The notes under the pieces were generated by a model. The model was given only the letters and a program-made list of their open reading frames with translations, was not told the DNA's origin and made no database searches. A DNA stretch of 63,848 bases, counting the filler, from Ministeria vibrans ATCC 50519 (lineage: Eukaryota > Protista > Filasterea), in the NCBI GenBank assembly GCA_943704425.1. It is 13 parts of 13 records of this genome, joined end to end, with 100 filler letters (N's around TTAATTAATTAA, not from the genome) between each part and the next. Parts side by side here need not be neighbours in the genome. Positions count along the whole stretch, not along the records: positions 5,828 to 24,433 come from CALSCP010000690.1; 12 more parts are not named here. One strand, 5' to 3'. Positions 10,790 through 24,058 of this stretch are shown here, in pieces; the first letter of the stretch is position 1, and the number at the start of each line of letters is the position of its first letter. The position numbers and the translations under genes are program-made.

Positions 10790-12040
10790 TTGGGACGCGT
10801 GTGAGACGGCACGGCAATTCTCGTCGAGCGAGTGGAGGATGCGGTTGACCTTGGGGACGGTGAGTGACGCGAGGAAGGCAAATTCTTTGTCGTCGTCGGG
10901 GGTGGAGGCGGGCGCAGGCGCAACTGTTGCGGAGAGAGCCGCCTTGGGCTGAGGCGGAGTCACGTTGAAGGTGGTGGGGTTGCCGTTGAGCAGGCGGGTT
11001 GCGCGCATGCGGATGCGGTCGGCGAGCGCAGTGACCGAATCAAGGGCCGGTCGCACATGGATGCGAATCGACTGAAGACCACTCTCCTCCACTGTCACTT
11101 GCGTGTCGTCCGACGTCCCTGACAGAGGTTTTTCGTCGTAGTAGTAGTCGATGACGTAGCGCACCTGTTCGCCGTCGCGATCAACAATCCAGTCGTGACG
11201 ATCAAACGGCACTGGTCGCCCCACCAAACTCCACAGCCAGGCCGTCGGGCTGAGCTGGTCCGGACGGCCCACAAACCGAAGCAACTTCACACCGTCCATG
11301 CTTTTGTTGCGACCGTGCGCCGCTTCCCATTCTAACACCTTCCGTGTGCATACGAGATGTGAGATTTCATTGAGCGCACTCTCACCGCTCTCTCGACTTA
11401 CCTCTGCCCAGGTTCGTTCGTTCATGATGTTGTGCACTCGCACCACCACATTCATATCGTCCTCCACAATGCCATCGTCTTTGCCTTTGCGCTTCAGTGA
11501 GTTGTAGAACATCTAAAGGGCAAAAAGGTGAGCACAGCTACAACACAACGCCTTGCTCACCTGCTCGCTGGGGTACGTCCACGTCTCCGCTGTGCCGCCC
11601 TTGGGGATGTTGCTCTTGACACGCTCGACCGGCAGGCGTTTGCTTTGGCCTTGAAGGAGGAGCGCAGCGGGTTCAGCAAGGGCGGGGATGCGATGTGCGA
11701 GGAGGAGGAGGAGGAGGAGCGTGGCGCGAACGTACCGGGCGCCGGAAGCGTATTGGGCGACGCAGGCATCTGGTTCTTCGGGTTGATCCGCTCCCCGTAC
11801 ACGTTGTACACTTCGGGAACGTCGTCGTCGGTGTGCGAGCCGGCCTGTGGAGTCCCTGCCACTGTGACACATGGAATCCAATTTTCAATAGGAATGACAC
11901 AACAACTCATTTTGAGCCGTACCCGTTCGCTTTGCTGTGCTCTCATGGTCCACGGGGCACCCGCCACTCGACTGAGGCTTCTTGTGCTCCACAGGGCACC
12001 CGCCCGTTGGGTTTTCACTCGCTGAGATTCGGTTACCCAT
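10065..12040 (-). CDS. HCCS: Holocytochrome c synthase (cytochrome c heme lyase) with a C-terminal extension
   Basis: Two N-terminal CPV heme motifs; WTYPSEQ, MFYNSLKRKG, HNIMNERTW, PFDRHDWIVDR, VRYVIDYY, VRPALDS. Last exon 10065-10304 splices in phase 0. Confidence 0.95.
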
Positions 12041-12131
12041 TGCAAACAGTAAAAATTACTGTTTCTTTGAGTTAGATTTTACTTTTTGATCTCCCAATTT
12101 GGCATTCTATTTTGCGTTAACTTTGTTCAAC

Positions 12132-13877
12132 ATGTCACTCTGGGTCGACAAGTACCGTCCGACGACATTGGATCGCCTGGACTACCACAAGGAGCAGGCG
12201 CAGTCGCTGAAAACAATGGTGCGTTGCGCTGTCGCTTCGCTTTCGTCTCCACTCGCTCAATCGCCGTCGCTTCTCGCTGTTCTCACGTAGATTCACGCCG
12301 GCGACTTTCCTCATATGATGGTGTACGGCCCGTCGGGAGCCGGCAAAAAGACGCGGTAAGCAGCAGAGCCCAATGTGTGTTTGCTTGTGTTCGCTTTTCA
12401 AGAGTTGGCGCGCTTTTCGCTTTGTCCCCCGTTGACGCCTTTCCCTGTCGATAACGGCAGTGTCCGCGGCGAGACGGTTGGGTTTTTCATGGATCTTGTG
12501 GTGTGGCGTGCTGTGCATGCGCTTCTCCTGCCTCCAGGATGCGATGCAATGGGCGAACTAAACGATGCCTACTTTCACTGTTGTCTGTAGGATCATGGCG
12601 ATGCTGCGAGAGCTGTATGGCGGCGGGGTTGAAAAGGTATGTGTGTGTGTGTGTGCGTGTGAGGTGCCGTGGTCGTGGTTTGTGGTGAGGGGTTGATCTG
12701 TATATGCCAAACTGTTTGGCAGGTCAAGTTGGAACACAGAACAATCGATGCGACAAGCTCGAAGAAGGTCGAACTCACCACGATTGCGAGCAACTATCAC
12801 ATCGAGCTCAATCCGAGCGATGCAGGTTTTTACGACCGTGCAGTCATCCAGGTATGTTGTTGCGTCGAGGTGTGCGTTTTCCAGTTCTGATGACTTGCGG
12901 TGCACTGCATAGACGTTCCTCAAAGAGATTGCACAGTCGCATCAGTTAGACTCGGGCAGCCAAAAGTCATTCAAAGTGATTGTACTAACAGAAGTAGACA
13001 AGTTGAGCAAAGACGCGCAGGTGAGAGGAGGCGAAAGAAGAGAAAGACGGGAGTTGTTGAACGTTGCAATGTGTCTTTGATAGCATGCACTGCGACGCAC
13101 AATGGAAAAGTACATGTCGACCTTCCGTCTTGTACTCGTGTGCAACAGCACAAGCAAAGTAATCCCTGCGATTCGCAGTCGGTGCCTGGGCGTGCGTGTG
13201 GCCGCTCCGTCGCTCGAGGAGATCAGCCGTCTGCTCATGGACACAGTGCGTCGCGAGCACCTGACCATGCCCAGCGCACTCGCCGACCGCATTGCCCATC
13301 GGTCGGAGCGCAACCTCAGACGCGCCTTGCTCATTGCCGAGGCCTGCAAAGTCAAGCAGTACGGACCCAACTCTCTGTCTGTGCGTAAACTTGAATACTC
13401 TTTGCTTCATTAGGTACCCCTTCACTGACACTCAGGACATTGAAACGGCCGACTGGGAAGAGTACCTCCATCGCATTGCCAAGCAAATCATTGCCGAACA
13501 AACACCCGCGTGGTACTGCTTACACTTCGCACTAACACACACATACACACACACACACGCACACACATCGACATTTCTGTGTGTTTTCCACTCAACCCCT
13601 ATCTCTCTCCCCTTTTTCTGTCAGCCTACTTCAAGTACGCGCCAAGCTGTATGAGCTCTTAGCGCACTGCATCCCAGCGGAGGAAATCATGCGGCGGCTC
13701 ATTCGCTTCATCACCGAGTCGGTCGACGAGGCAATCTGCGCCGATCTCGTCCAGTGGGCAGCCTTCTACGAGCGCCGCCTACAGCATGGCCAGCGACCCA
13801 TCTACCATCTTGAGGCCTTTGTGGCCAAGATTATGAGCGTGTACAAGCGCTACCTTGTCGAAATTATGGGATTGTAA
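12132..13877 (+). CDS. RFC3: Replication factor C subunit 3 (yeast Rfc5), multi-exon
   Basis: [65 protein letters not shown]. Confidence 0.97.
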
Positions 13878-13907
13878 CCCATCCACCACATTCAATTTAG
13901 TACACAA

Positions 13908-14528
13908 TTATTTTGATCTCCTCCGTTTCAACCACGATATGCGCGCTCTGGCCAGTTGCGGTACAACAGGAATGATGCCTAGGAAGGTTAAGGGATAGAG
14001 GGCACTTGAGGCAGTGACAGCGGCCGCCCACGAGCCGAGCACGGAGGGGCTGTCGGAAACTCCCACAAGCGATTCGACATTGACGTAGTCCATCGCAGCA
14101 AAGACGCCCAGCGTCACTGTGGCCGCCGACGCCCGTGACACCAAGAGATACAGTACACCGTAGCTGTCGATGAGGCGCGCACCAGACACAATGGGCGCTG
14201 GCGTGCGCCGAAAGAGCGGCATTTTTACCAGACCCTTGACGGTCGAAAATATTTCGCTCAGGCGAATCGATGTGAGCTCTGGCAGACGACGCGACACGAC
14301 TCCACACACGGCAAGGTTCCAAGGAATCTGAAGCCGTCTGGAGAGTCGACCAATGCCAAAGGCGGCTGCAAACGAGACGGGGACGGTCCACGGCAGATGC
14401 GAAATGATTCCGTGCGCAAAAAACACTGCGCCCATGTCAGCGGAGACCACGTAGAACTGGCTCTCGAGCGGATGCGCCCGAAGAGTCCTGTTGATACGCA
14501 CCGCTGTGGTTCGTATAATACTTTGCAT
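13908..14528 (-). CDS. Uncharacterised membrane protein, possibly FAM210/DUF1279-like with two related hydrophobic halves
   Basis: Intronless 206-aa ORF, GC-rich relative to flanks, Arg-rich N-terminus, YGVLY...GSWAAA...P pattern. Confidence 0.5.
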   Translation of the reverse strand: MQSIIRTTAVRINRTLRAHPLESQFYVVSADMGAVFFAHGIISHLPWTVPVSFAAAFGIGRLSRRLQIPWNLAVCGVVSRRLPELTSIRLSEIFSTVKGLVKMPLFRRTPAPIVSGARLIDSYGVLYLLVSRASAATVTLGVFAAMDYVNVESLVGVSDSPSVLGSWAAAVTASSALYPLTFLGIIPVVPQLARARISWLKRRRSK

Positions 14529-14632
14529 CAAAAAATGTGCGAAAAGTCAAAAGTGATTAGTGATTAGGAATTGTATTTGTAATCAATAGGAAAAATGAAG
14601 TGAAACATTGTAAATATTGCTGAATCAGTGAG

Positions 14633-15143
14633 CTACACAGAAGAGGGACCCATAAGAAGAAGCTCGCGATTGTCATGTTGCCAGAAACTCCGAGTCTAAA
14701 AAAACAAAAAAAAAAAGCAAAGCAAATAAGGGAAGCGAGAGAGGAGGAGGGGACTTAGATGTACATCGAAGAGAATTGAGACAACGGTTCCGCCACAGCC
14801 ACAGCGCACGAGATCATCAAGAGTAATGCGGAGAGGGTGTTTGGGACGGACCATGTCGAATATTTCATCTTTGACGTCTTCAAAGCGAACGTGATCTTGA
14901 TTGGCGGCCTCCATGCGTGCAAGCATGCCCTGCAACGGAAAGTAGGGTTCAGGTGAGAAAGATCCACTTGTCATTCGAGTCAAAAGAGTGTATATGTGTG
15001 CGTGTGTTTGGGCACGTACCTTGTAAAAGTAGTGGAGTGCGTGCACATTGAGATACCCACAGTGCTGCACATCCAACAGCGTAAAGATGTACGACAAAGA
15101 CTGCGGCTCATTCCTATCAGACAGAGAGAGGGGCAACAAGTTA

Positions 15144-15208
<65 letters not shown>

Positions 15209-15642
15209 GTAAGTACACAACAAATCAATTCTCAAAACCTGTTCTCCATTGCCAGCACAAAATCCAAATAAGTCTTATAGTCCATTTCGCCATCAAACGT
15301 ATTGCACTCCTCAAAGACGCGCGACAGAAACGCACTGGTCAGAGTGCCCTGATTGTACTGTGCGAGTTCGCTCAACGACAGCATGCCGTTCTGGTCAACG
15401 TCCAGTTGAAGATATTGCGCTGCCAATCACACACACACACACACACACAAAGTGACAGTGAGTGACATTGATTCATTTTGATTAAAAAAAGTACCGTAAA
15501 CGCGCAGTGAAGATGAGACAGAAAACCAGTTCGAGCGCTCCAGGTCGGGCGGAAGATCGTCTTGTCGCAACTCAAGCAACTCAGAGAGAAGTGGCGACGT
15601 TAAAATTGTGCTAATCTGCAATGACAATTAAAATCAATCCCT

Positions 15643-15692
<50 letters not shown>

Positions 15693-16771
15693 TCTCTCCT
15701 TCTTTCATGCGCTAACCTTTATTCTGCCGAGTCGCATTGGGTCAAGGAAGAAAAAAAGTTTTCGAACAGCAGTGCACACATAGAATGTGTAGAATGACTT
15801 GTCGAGTCGCGCCAGTTGCGGAAGAGTCGGAATCAATTCGAGCTGAGACAAAAAACAACACAATCACAGACTGGTTTGAACACAACAGTGAACCATCAAC
15901 GTGTCGTTACAGTGTAGTTTTCAAGGTCTTGTTCTTCCATGTAGTTCCGGCCGGCCACGTCATACAGCGACAGAGACACGCGCGTTTGCAGCAGACTGAT
16001 TTTTCTACAACAGAGCAAGCACAAGCAACGCACAAGTGAGCTGAAAGGTGATCCTTGCGCCTTGAGCATAGGAGCACCCGGCGCCTTGCAAGCGTGCTGC
16101 TAGGCCTGTCTGCCTGCTCCCTACCTCATGACGTAGTTGAAGAGGCGCAGAGCACTCACGCGTCCCTGGCTGTCCTTGTCCATCCCCCAAAACACCTGAA
16201 GCAGACGAACCGCCGCGTTTAGAGCACACTTCACGCCCGTCACAACATGCATGGGCATTGTTTCACACACAACACCCAGCGACAGTGTCCAAAATCGACA
16301 AAAGAGTCTCCAGATTTGAACTTGCCCTTTTTTGAAACAGATATTTGAAAACCGACTCACCTCTGGCGTAAAGAGCGTCGCACAATTCTTCGGCATCGAC
16401 TGGCGAATCTGGCGGAAGTCGTTGTAGTTCAGCGTGATGCTCTCGGGAGGGGCGTCGGGCGCGCCCTTGGCCTTGAGGCTGTTCCAAAGATGCTATCGAG
16501 AGGGCAGATCACATAAGAGGCTTTTCGGGCAAACTTTGAAGCGGTCGCTGCTCACCTCCAAGTCATCCGCTTCGATCATGAGCTGCGAGGCAGACTTTTG
16601 CAGCTTGAGAACTCGGTAGTCGCCGCGAAGCTTGCGCAACAGTTCCGTTTGGTGAGTGGTTCCCTTCCAAAACGTCGGAATCTCCGGCTGCGGCGTGTCG
16701 CCCGACGGCACAGACGTGCCGCGCAGTCGACAGTACTCTTCTGTCAACAGTCGCTCCTCTTCTGGATCCAT
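14633..16771 (-). CDS. PPP2R3C: PP2A regulatory subunit B'' gamma, multi-exon
   Basis: EF-hands QYLQLDVDQNGMLS and MDYKTYLDFVLAMENR; FEDVKDEIFDMVRP; FFFLDP; FWQHDNRE. Confidence 0.95.
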
Positions 16772-17104
16772 GGAGTGAAATGTGAATGTGAATACTGAAT
16801 AATAGTAAGAAGATTAGAAGAAGAAGAAGAAGACACTTCCAATTATTTAATCATTATTAATATTTTCTGTTTCATTTCACCCCGCTCAGTCAGGGACGCC
16901 CCGATCAGTTTGCGCACTCTTTTATAATTGTTAGTGTTGCCCGTCTGTGTTGCGGCTTTGGTTGAGGGTCAGAAACTTTTGGAGACAGACTGGCGCTTCT
17001 CTTTTCCGTCTCCTTGACAACGGAAATTAACATTCTCCATCCGCTGCCGAGTGACGAGAGAGCAGTCTTTGTTTCGAATTGAAGGCACACGCATTTGGCA
17101 AAAC

Positions 17105-19078
17105 ATGTCATCTTTGCAGCTTGGAAAGGCTAGAGGAGGCTCGCGGCGTGCGAGTAACGCGTCGTTGTCAAGCAGTGGCTCTGGTACGAGTCCCACTCCA
17201 CAATTGTCGAGTAGCGGGAAAGCGCCCGTTCAACTCACCTCAAAAGCAAAGTCAGGCAGTAGTACATCGTTAGTGCAGAGACGAGAGTAAGTCGATGCGT
17301 AAATTATATAGAATGTTGATCATGACCCACCGGTGTTTGGTTTCTTGTCTTACACTTCGCTGACACAGATCGTCTCTGTCGATGGCAAATTACGACGCAG
17401 ACTCTGCCTTATCAGGCCCTCCCATACTTGAAGAGCGTGACAACGGCTCGACCGTATTTCGCCTGAGCTCTCGCGATCATCGCACATCGGTCGTCGACAT
17501 GCTGGTCAAGCCGCAGAAGGCACCGGCGTTGGAACTGCACGATGAGGCAGTATCCTCATCGTCGACGTTGACGACGACCGAACCTGCACGGCGTCTTTCA
17601 CTTGTACGCACCCACAACTCGTCCTCAAGCTCATCCTCTTCGGCAGCAGCGCCAACAGCAGCACGATCATCGCGGCGTCCAACTGTTGAACGTGTCCCAC
17701 CAGTGACAACTGCAACGTCCACTAGTATCGCCAATGCGCCTCCACCTCCACGGCCGTCGTCGCGACGTGGCGCCGGCGGTCGTTCCAGTCGTATGTTTGC
17801 CGCCCTCATCACACAAAATATCAACGACCGCGAACAGCAACTGCAGCAACAGGTGCCAGCTGCAGCTCCACCACCCTCCCCACCACCAGTCACCACAATC
17901 GAAGACGCCTTCCCTTTGCCTGCCAACGCCTCCCTCGCGGCTTCCGATAGTGACAGTAATGACAGCGACACACCTAATCGCGCCACTGCACCCGTCAAAC
18001 CACGTCCACCCAAAGGCGCGCCGACCGGAATGACTCGCCATCGCGTGGGCTCCGGTCGACGTCCCCACGCCCCTTCCAGCACAGTCATCTCCCTCCTCGA
18101 ACGCGCCAAACTCGTCTCACCCGCAGTCGAGCTGGGACGACCGCTTGCGTCATCGACATCCTCCCAACCTGCAGCTACACAGCCTGCTGAGGCAGGCAAA
18201 AAGTCGTCAACCCCCCAAAAGACACTCTCACCCACTGCTACGCGCAAGCACCTCCCACCCCTCTCTTCCAAACCGCCCGCCAACCCTAATCCTAATCCCA
18301 ATCATCTTCTCCCGCCCATCACTCCTCCTCCACCCACCGGCCGATCGGGGGCAAGCGCACTGGGCGGCGCTTGCCCCCGCCGATCCGGATCCCACTCTAC
18401 TCCTCACCACCAATTCTCTCCTCTCGCATCAATCAATCTCAATGACTCCGTCTCCGAAATGGTCCACCAGACTGGTCTCGACAAAGAGACTGTGCGCAGT
18501 CTCAGAGCTCTCATGAGTGAAAACCAAAAAGTAAGTAGTACCAAAAGTACCGTACGTTCACCGTACACGCTCATCTCTGACTCACTTCTAATTAAAATTA
18601 CATTATGTTTCAGCTCAAAACAGGCATTTACGACTCATTTAGTACAATGACTGCCAATGTAAATGCGCGCATTGAGGAAATGCGCCAATCTCTCAATGAC
18701 CCCAAAACAATCAAAGTAAGATCGATCCTGTTTATTCGAAAACAAAAACAAACATCTGCTTAATTTTGTATTGTGTAGAAATTCTACGAGAGCGATGCGC
18801 AACAGGCGACACCAGCACCGACAGGACGCGTGACGATTGTCTTCACAGACATCCAGGACTCAACACTGCTGTGGGAGAGTAATCCACAGGGAATGCAAGA
18901 AGCCATTCGGGTGAGAGAAAGGGTTCTATAAGCATATATACTGCATGTGTGAATAGGGAGGCGAGGTGGCGTACACATTTACATGCATATGGGAGAATTT
19001 GAATGTGTAGGAGGTGTAGGTCTCTGAGTATATGTGTACTGCGTGTATATGTTATATATATATATATATATATATATC

Positions 19079-19130
<52 letters not shown>

Positions 19131-19898
19131 TTTTAAATATTATGGGAATTCGTTTATTGACAGATGCCGTTGTGCGAAGTCATGTCTTGATCAGAGTGAA
19201 TTGGAATAATGATTATTGGATGTATGAATGTACTCTCGCCAAAGCTAGCGTCGACGTTCCCCATATGCATGCATTATCTACTGATTGATACACACTGTTT
19301 TCTTGTCCAGGTTCATAACAATGTGATGCGGGATCTGATTCGGTCGATGGGGGGATATGAAGTGAAGACGGAAGGTGATGCTTTTATGGTAGCGTTCCGC
19401 GATGTAGTGATGGCGGTAGAGTGGGCGCTCAGTGCGCAGGTGAGTGCATTTTGTCACAAAGAGAGAGAGTACTAGCTACAGTGTATGTGAGAGATTTAGT
19501 TGAATGCGAGTAATTTTAGAGTATATGTGAGTCGTTTTGAGAGTGTAATTATATTATATTTTTGTGGTGTACACTTGTATAGTGCGTTAGTACTATAGTA
19601 ATTATGTACTATGTGCACGTGTCACGACGTACGTATACGTATACGTCGTATGAGACGCAAGTATGCAAGTCACTAGCATTAACCTGATTGACGTAACATA
19701 GACTGCACTGTTGGAAGCGAATTGGCCTCAGGAAATGATAGTTTATCCGTCGTTTGCTAAGGAACGTGGATCGACAGGCCGTAAGTAACACATATTGACA
19801 CTTGTAATGATAATTGTATAATCACACCGTTTCGATATTGACACATTAATCATGACAATCATAACGATGAATATAATCATCATAATTCAGGCCACACT

Positions 19899-19938
<40 letters not shown>

Positions 19939-20668
19939 TCAAGTTTGTATATAATCACCTGATAATATAATTATAATGGGAACTAAACTGTACATGTCAC
20001 TGACTCATGCTGTATACGTACTGTACACTAGAGACGGTGTTTCGAGGGGCGCGAGTGCGGATGGGAGTGCACACGGGAATGCCCTCGTGCGAGGACGACC
20101 CCACCACCGGACGGTATGTACATATTGTGCTCGGCCCTTTAGACAGCTGTACTTCTGTGGTGGTCTCCTGATGCGCTGTGTATGTGTTGTATAGTATGGA
20201 TTACTTTGGGCCAATGGTGAACAAGAGCGCGCGTGTGAGTGCCGTTGCACGTGGAGGACAGGTCTTGACACATGCCTCCCACATGCCCTGCCACTCTCAA
20301 TCAAACTAACCCTCTTCCTCTCTTCTTCTTTCATCTCTCGCACACAACGTTAGATTGTGTTGAGTTGTGATTCTGCACAGTTGGTGCGAGAGCGCATTGG
20401 TGAGCTGATTGAGTACGATGTGGAAATGCGCGAGATGGGACGGTTTGCGCTCAAGGGGATTCGCGGACTGGAGGAGATTGTGGAGGTGCGTGCGGGACGG
20501 CTAAAGGAGCGCGTGTTTGTCGGAGGGGTAGAGCCAGTTGAGGATGGTACAGGTGATGGTGGCGATGGCGGTCATGGGGAGAACGACTCCAAAAGAGCCG
20601 CATCGCGAACTCCCTCTGGCGCACTGCAGGGACGCGGAAGTGCGCTTGATCTCAACGCGACAGTGTAA
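17105..20668 (+). CDS. Soluble class III adenylate cyclase with a long Ser/Pro-rich N-terminus, multi-exon
   Basis: Spliced catalytic domain VTIVFTDIQDSTLLWE..GGYEVKTEGDAFMVAF..RVRMGVHTG..MDYFGPMVNKSARV..GGQIV..LKGI; Lys/Asp pair indicates ATP specificity. Confidence 0.92.
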
Positions 20669-20811
20669 AATACAAAAGTAAATATGAGAAGAACAAAGGC
20701 CCATACCATGATATCAATGTCACACCACACAGTCACCAGGCGACAACACACTCAGACTAGTGAATGATTGTTGTGAATTGAAACTCATTATTCATAATAA
20801 TTTTTTTTAAT

Positions 20812-21548
20812 ATGCCCAAAGCTGTGAGAGCTAAAAAGACACGAACGCACTTCTCGACCAAGGCAGGGCCGTTTGAGGAGCCGGCGTTTGACGACGACGA
20901 CGGCGGCGACGTCGGCGGGGCGGGCGTTGTGGCTGTGGCTCCGGCGACGAAGAAGCTGCGTCGCGAGGAGCGCCATGCGAGACTCATGGAAAAGCTGTCC
21001 AGAGACGCCGCGTACGACTGGCGTTGGCGTCACCTGCGAGACTAACGTGATGTGCTCCTCTGTGTTGCTGCAGGGAAGACAAGGCCAAGAAGGAAAAGGC
21101 CAAGCGCGACACGAAAACACCGCTTGGAAGTCTCAGCGACGCTCTTCCGTCTCTCGCCGACCTCATCGCTTCGTCGGGCGCGCGGAAGAGCAAGAAGAGC
21201 AAGAAGAAGGCGTCGACGGCGCCCCTGGTGGGTCCGCAGTCTGAAGTGAAGGTTCGCTCGAGCAAAGGACGAAAGCATGCCGCGTAAGCACCAACCTGGC
21301 TGTCTGTCTGTCTGTCTGTCTCGATGTCTGTCTGTCTCTATGTCTGCTTCTCTGTCGATGATTCTTTCAACTCTCATCACCTCCCCCTTTTCTTTCCCTC
21401 CCTCTTTCTTTCTATCTGCATGTACATTTGCCAACGTAGTGTCTCTGAGTCGGCACAGATGCAGCAAGTTCTGCAGCACTCGGCGTTTCGCAAAGACGCG
21501 CTCTCAGCCATCCGCCAGCATCTTTCCACCTCGCTTGGTGCCCTGTAA
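20812..21548 (+). CDS. SLX9: Ribosome biogenesis factor SLX9/FAM207A-like, 3 exons
   Basis: TKKLRREERHARLMEKL, LSDALPSL, C-terminal MQQVLQHSAFRKDALSAIRQHL. Confidence 0.75.
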
Positions 21549-21821
21549 CCATTCCCTCCCCTTCACCCTTTTCCTACTGTGACAATAGCGCAATGTAATT
21601 TACTCTTGTTATCCCAAAAGGAGTTTATTCACGAATAAACACACATACAGACTGGATTCAATCCTGATTCCTGAGTGATCCTATTCATCAACTTACGCTT
21701 CACCTCCACTCCCACTTGGCTTTTATTTAGTCACGAATCAACTCGATGACATCTAAAAAGTGCCCGAGTTCAAAAGTTGAGACTTGCTTGAGTCACTTGA
21801 CACTTGACACTTTTTTTTTCA

Positions 21822-23984
21822 ATGGAGCGAATTCAACGACTGGAATCACAACTCACATCTGCCTCGAGCAGCATCATCGCGCAGGCACGGTCCTTGCCGA
21901 ACCCGTCGGCGGCTCTGGCGGCGCAAACGATGGCGGCGGAGCGCAGCCAGGCGTCGTTTGCGACGGAGGACATGACCGTCCTGATCGACGGCGGACGCGA
22001 ACGGACGGCGCTGCGCCGCGAGGTGCAGGCCACGATTGGCGAAGACGTTGTGTTGAACAACCAGACGGGCCGCTTTGACATGACGCGCGACCAGAAGCGC
22101 GAGAAAGCCATGAAACGCGTGGTGCGTCTGCGCGAACTCGCCCCAACCGATCTCGACTACCGCGACACCGTCTACACGGTGCTTGCCCTGCACGACCCGG
22201 GCCTGGCCACCCGCATCGGGGTGCACTACGGCCTGGCGCTCGGTGCCATCATGGGACAGGGCTCGGATGACTTGATCGACGAAATTGCATCGGATCTCAT
22301 GGTCATGAAGGCGTACGGGTGCTTTGGCATGACCGAGATGGGCCACGGCTCCAACGTCCAGGGCCTCGAGACAACGGCCACCTTCAGCGTCGAGACGGAC
22401 GAGTTCATTCTCCACACACCGACGGTACGCGCGGAAGAGTGTCCAATCGCCCTTGTTCATTATTTACCCTTGTTTTTGTATGCATTCGCATCGTTTAGTT
22501 GACTGCCACAAAGTGGTGGATTGGTGGCCTGGCACACACTGCGACGCACAGCGTGGTGTTTGCCCGGCTGATTACCCACGACGGCGTGGACCACGGCACT
22601 CACAGCTTCCTTGTGCCATTGCGCGAGCGACCGTCGGGCGACCTCTGCAAGGGCATCCGCATTGGCGACTGCGGCAAGAAGATGGGCATGGATGCCATCG
22701 ACAACGGCTGGATGCAATTTGACCATGTGCGAGTGCCCCGTGGCAACATGCTCAGCAAGTGGGCGCGTGTGTCGCGCGAGGGCATCTACACACAGCCGCC
22801 ACGTCCGCAACTGGCGTATGGCGCTCTCGTCAATGCTCGCGTCAATATTGTTCGCAGCAGCAGCAACGTCGTCAAGCAGGCGCTTACCATTGCCATTCGA
22901 TACGGCGTGGTCCGGCGTCAGTTTACGCAGCCCAGCGAGACCCGTTCGGACCGCCACGAGACGCAAATTCTCGACTACAACACGCACCAGATCCGTCTGT
23001 TCCCCATGCTCGCTGCCTGCTACGCCTACCACTTCTCCGCAACCACACTTCTCAAGCAGTGCACCGAGCTTGAGACTCGCATGCGCGACAAGGGTGATCT
23101 CACAGGACTCGCAGGTCAGAAAGATCAAGCAAAGCTACAATGTGTAGGGAACAAAAAAAAAAAAAAAAAAAAAAAACAGAGAGAGAGAGTTTGTGTGTTT
23201 GTGAGTGTATGTGACTTAACGTGCGGCTGTCGTCATGGTGTGTAGACATGCATGCCATCTCGGCGGGCCTCAAGGCCTTTTCGACGTGGTGGGCCATGAG
23301 TGCCATTGAGACGTGTCGGCAGTGTCTGGGCGGTCATGGCTACTCTGCGTACGCGCGTCTGGCGACCATGCTAGGCGACTTTGCAGTGCAGCAAACGTGG
23401 GACGGTGACAACACAGTGCTTGCACTTCAGACTGCGCGACATCTTATTGCCAGTGTCAGTGCCGCCAAGTCGGGTAACCCCCTCGCCGGCTTTGTCGACT
23501 ACCTCGCGACGACCAGCGACCACACTGCTCACAGTGTTGCTGTGCCCTCAACCGTCGCCCAACTGATTTCTGTCGACTTCCTCGTTGATCTTTTTGAGCG
23601 TCGCACCGCCCATGGCATCCGACGCGTTGCTGCCTCCATTGCTGCCAGCTCCAACGCCCCCACGTCGTCCTTCCAGCTTGTCCACATCTCCCGCATTCAC
23701 TGCGACCTTGTCGTCCTGCGCACCTTCGCCACCGCCCTTGCCACTGACGCCGCTCCCCATAAGTGCCCCTCCCCCGTCCGCACTGCCCTCACCAACCTCC
23801 TGCGCGTTTTCGCTCTCCACCTTATTCACACTAATCTTGGCGACTTCCTTCTCGTTGTCAAGCCCGAGTCGGCTGCCTCCCTTCCCACCCTCGTCGAAGA
23901 TGCTCTCCAGCAGCTCTTCATCGACATCCGCCGCGACGCCCTTGCCTACGTTGACGCCTTTGATCTGTACGCAACACCCCCATC

Positions 23985-24058
<74 letters not shown>

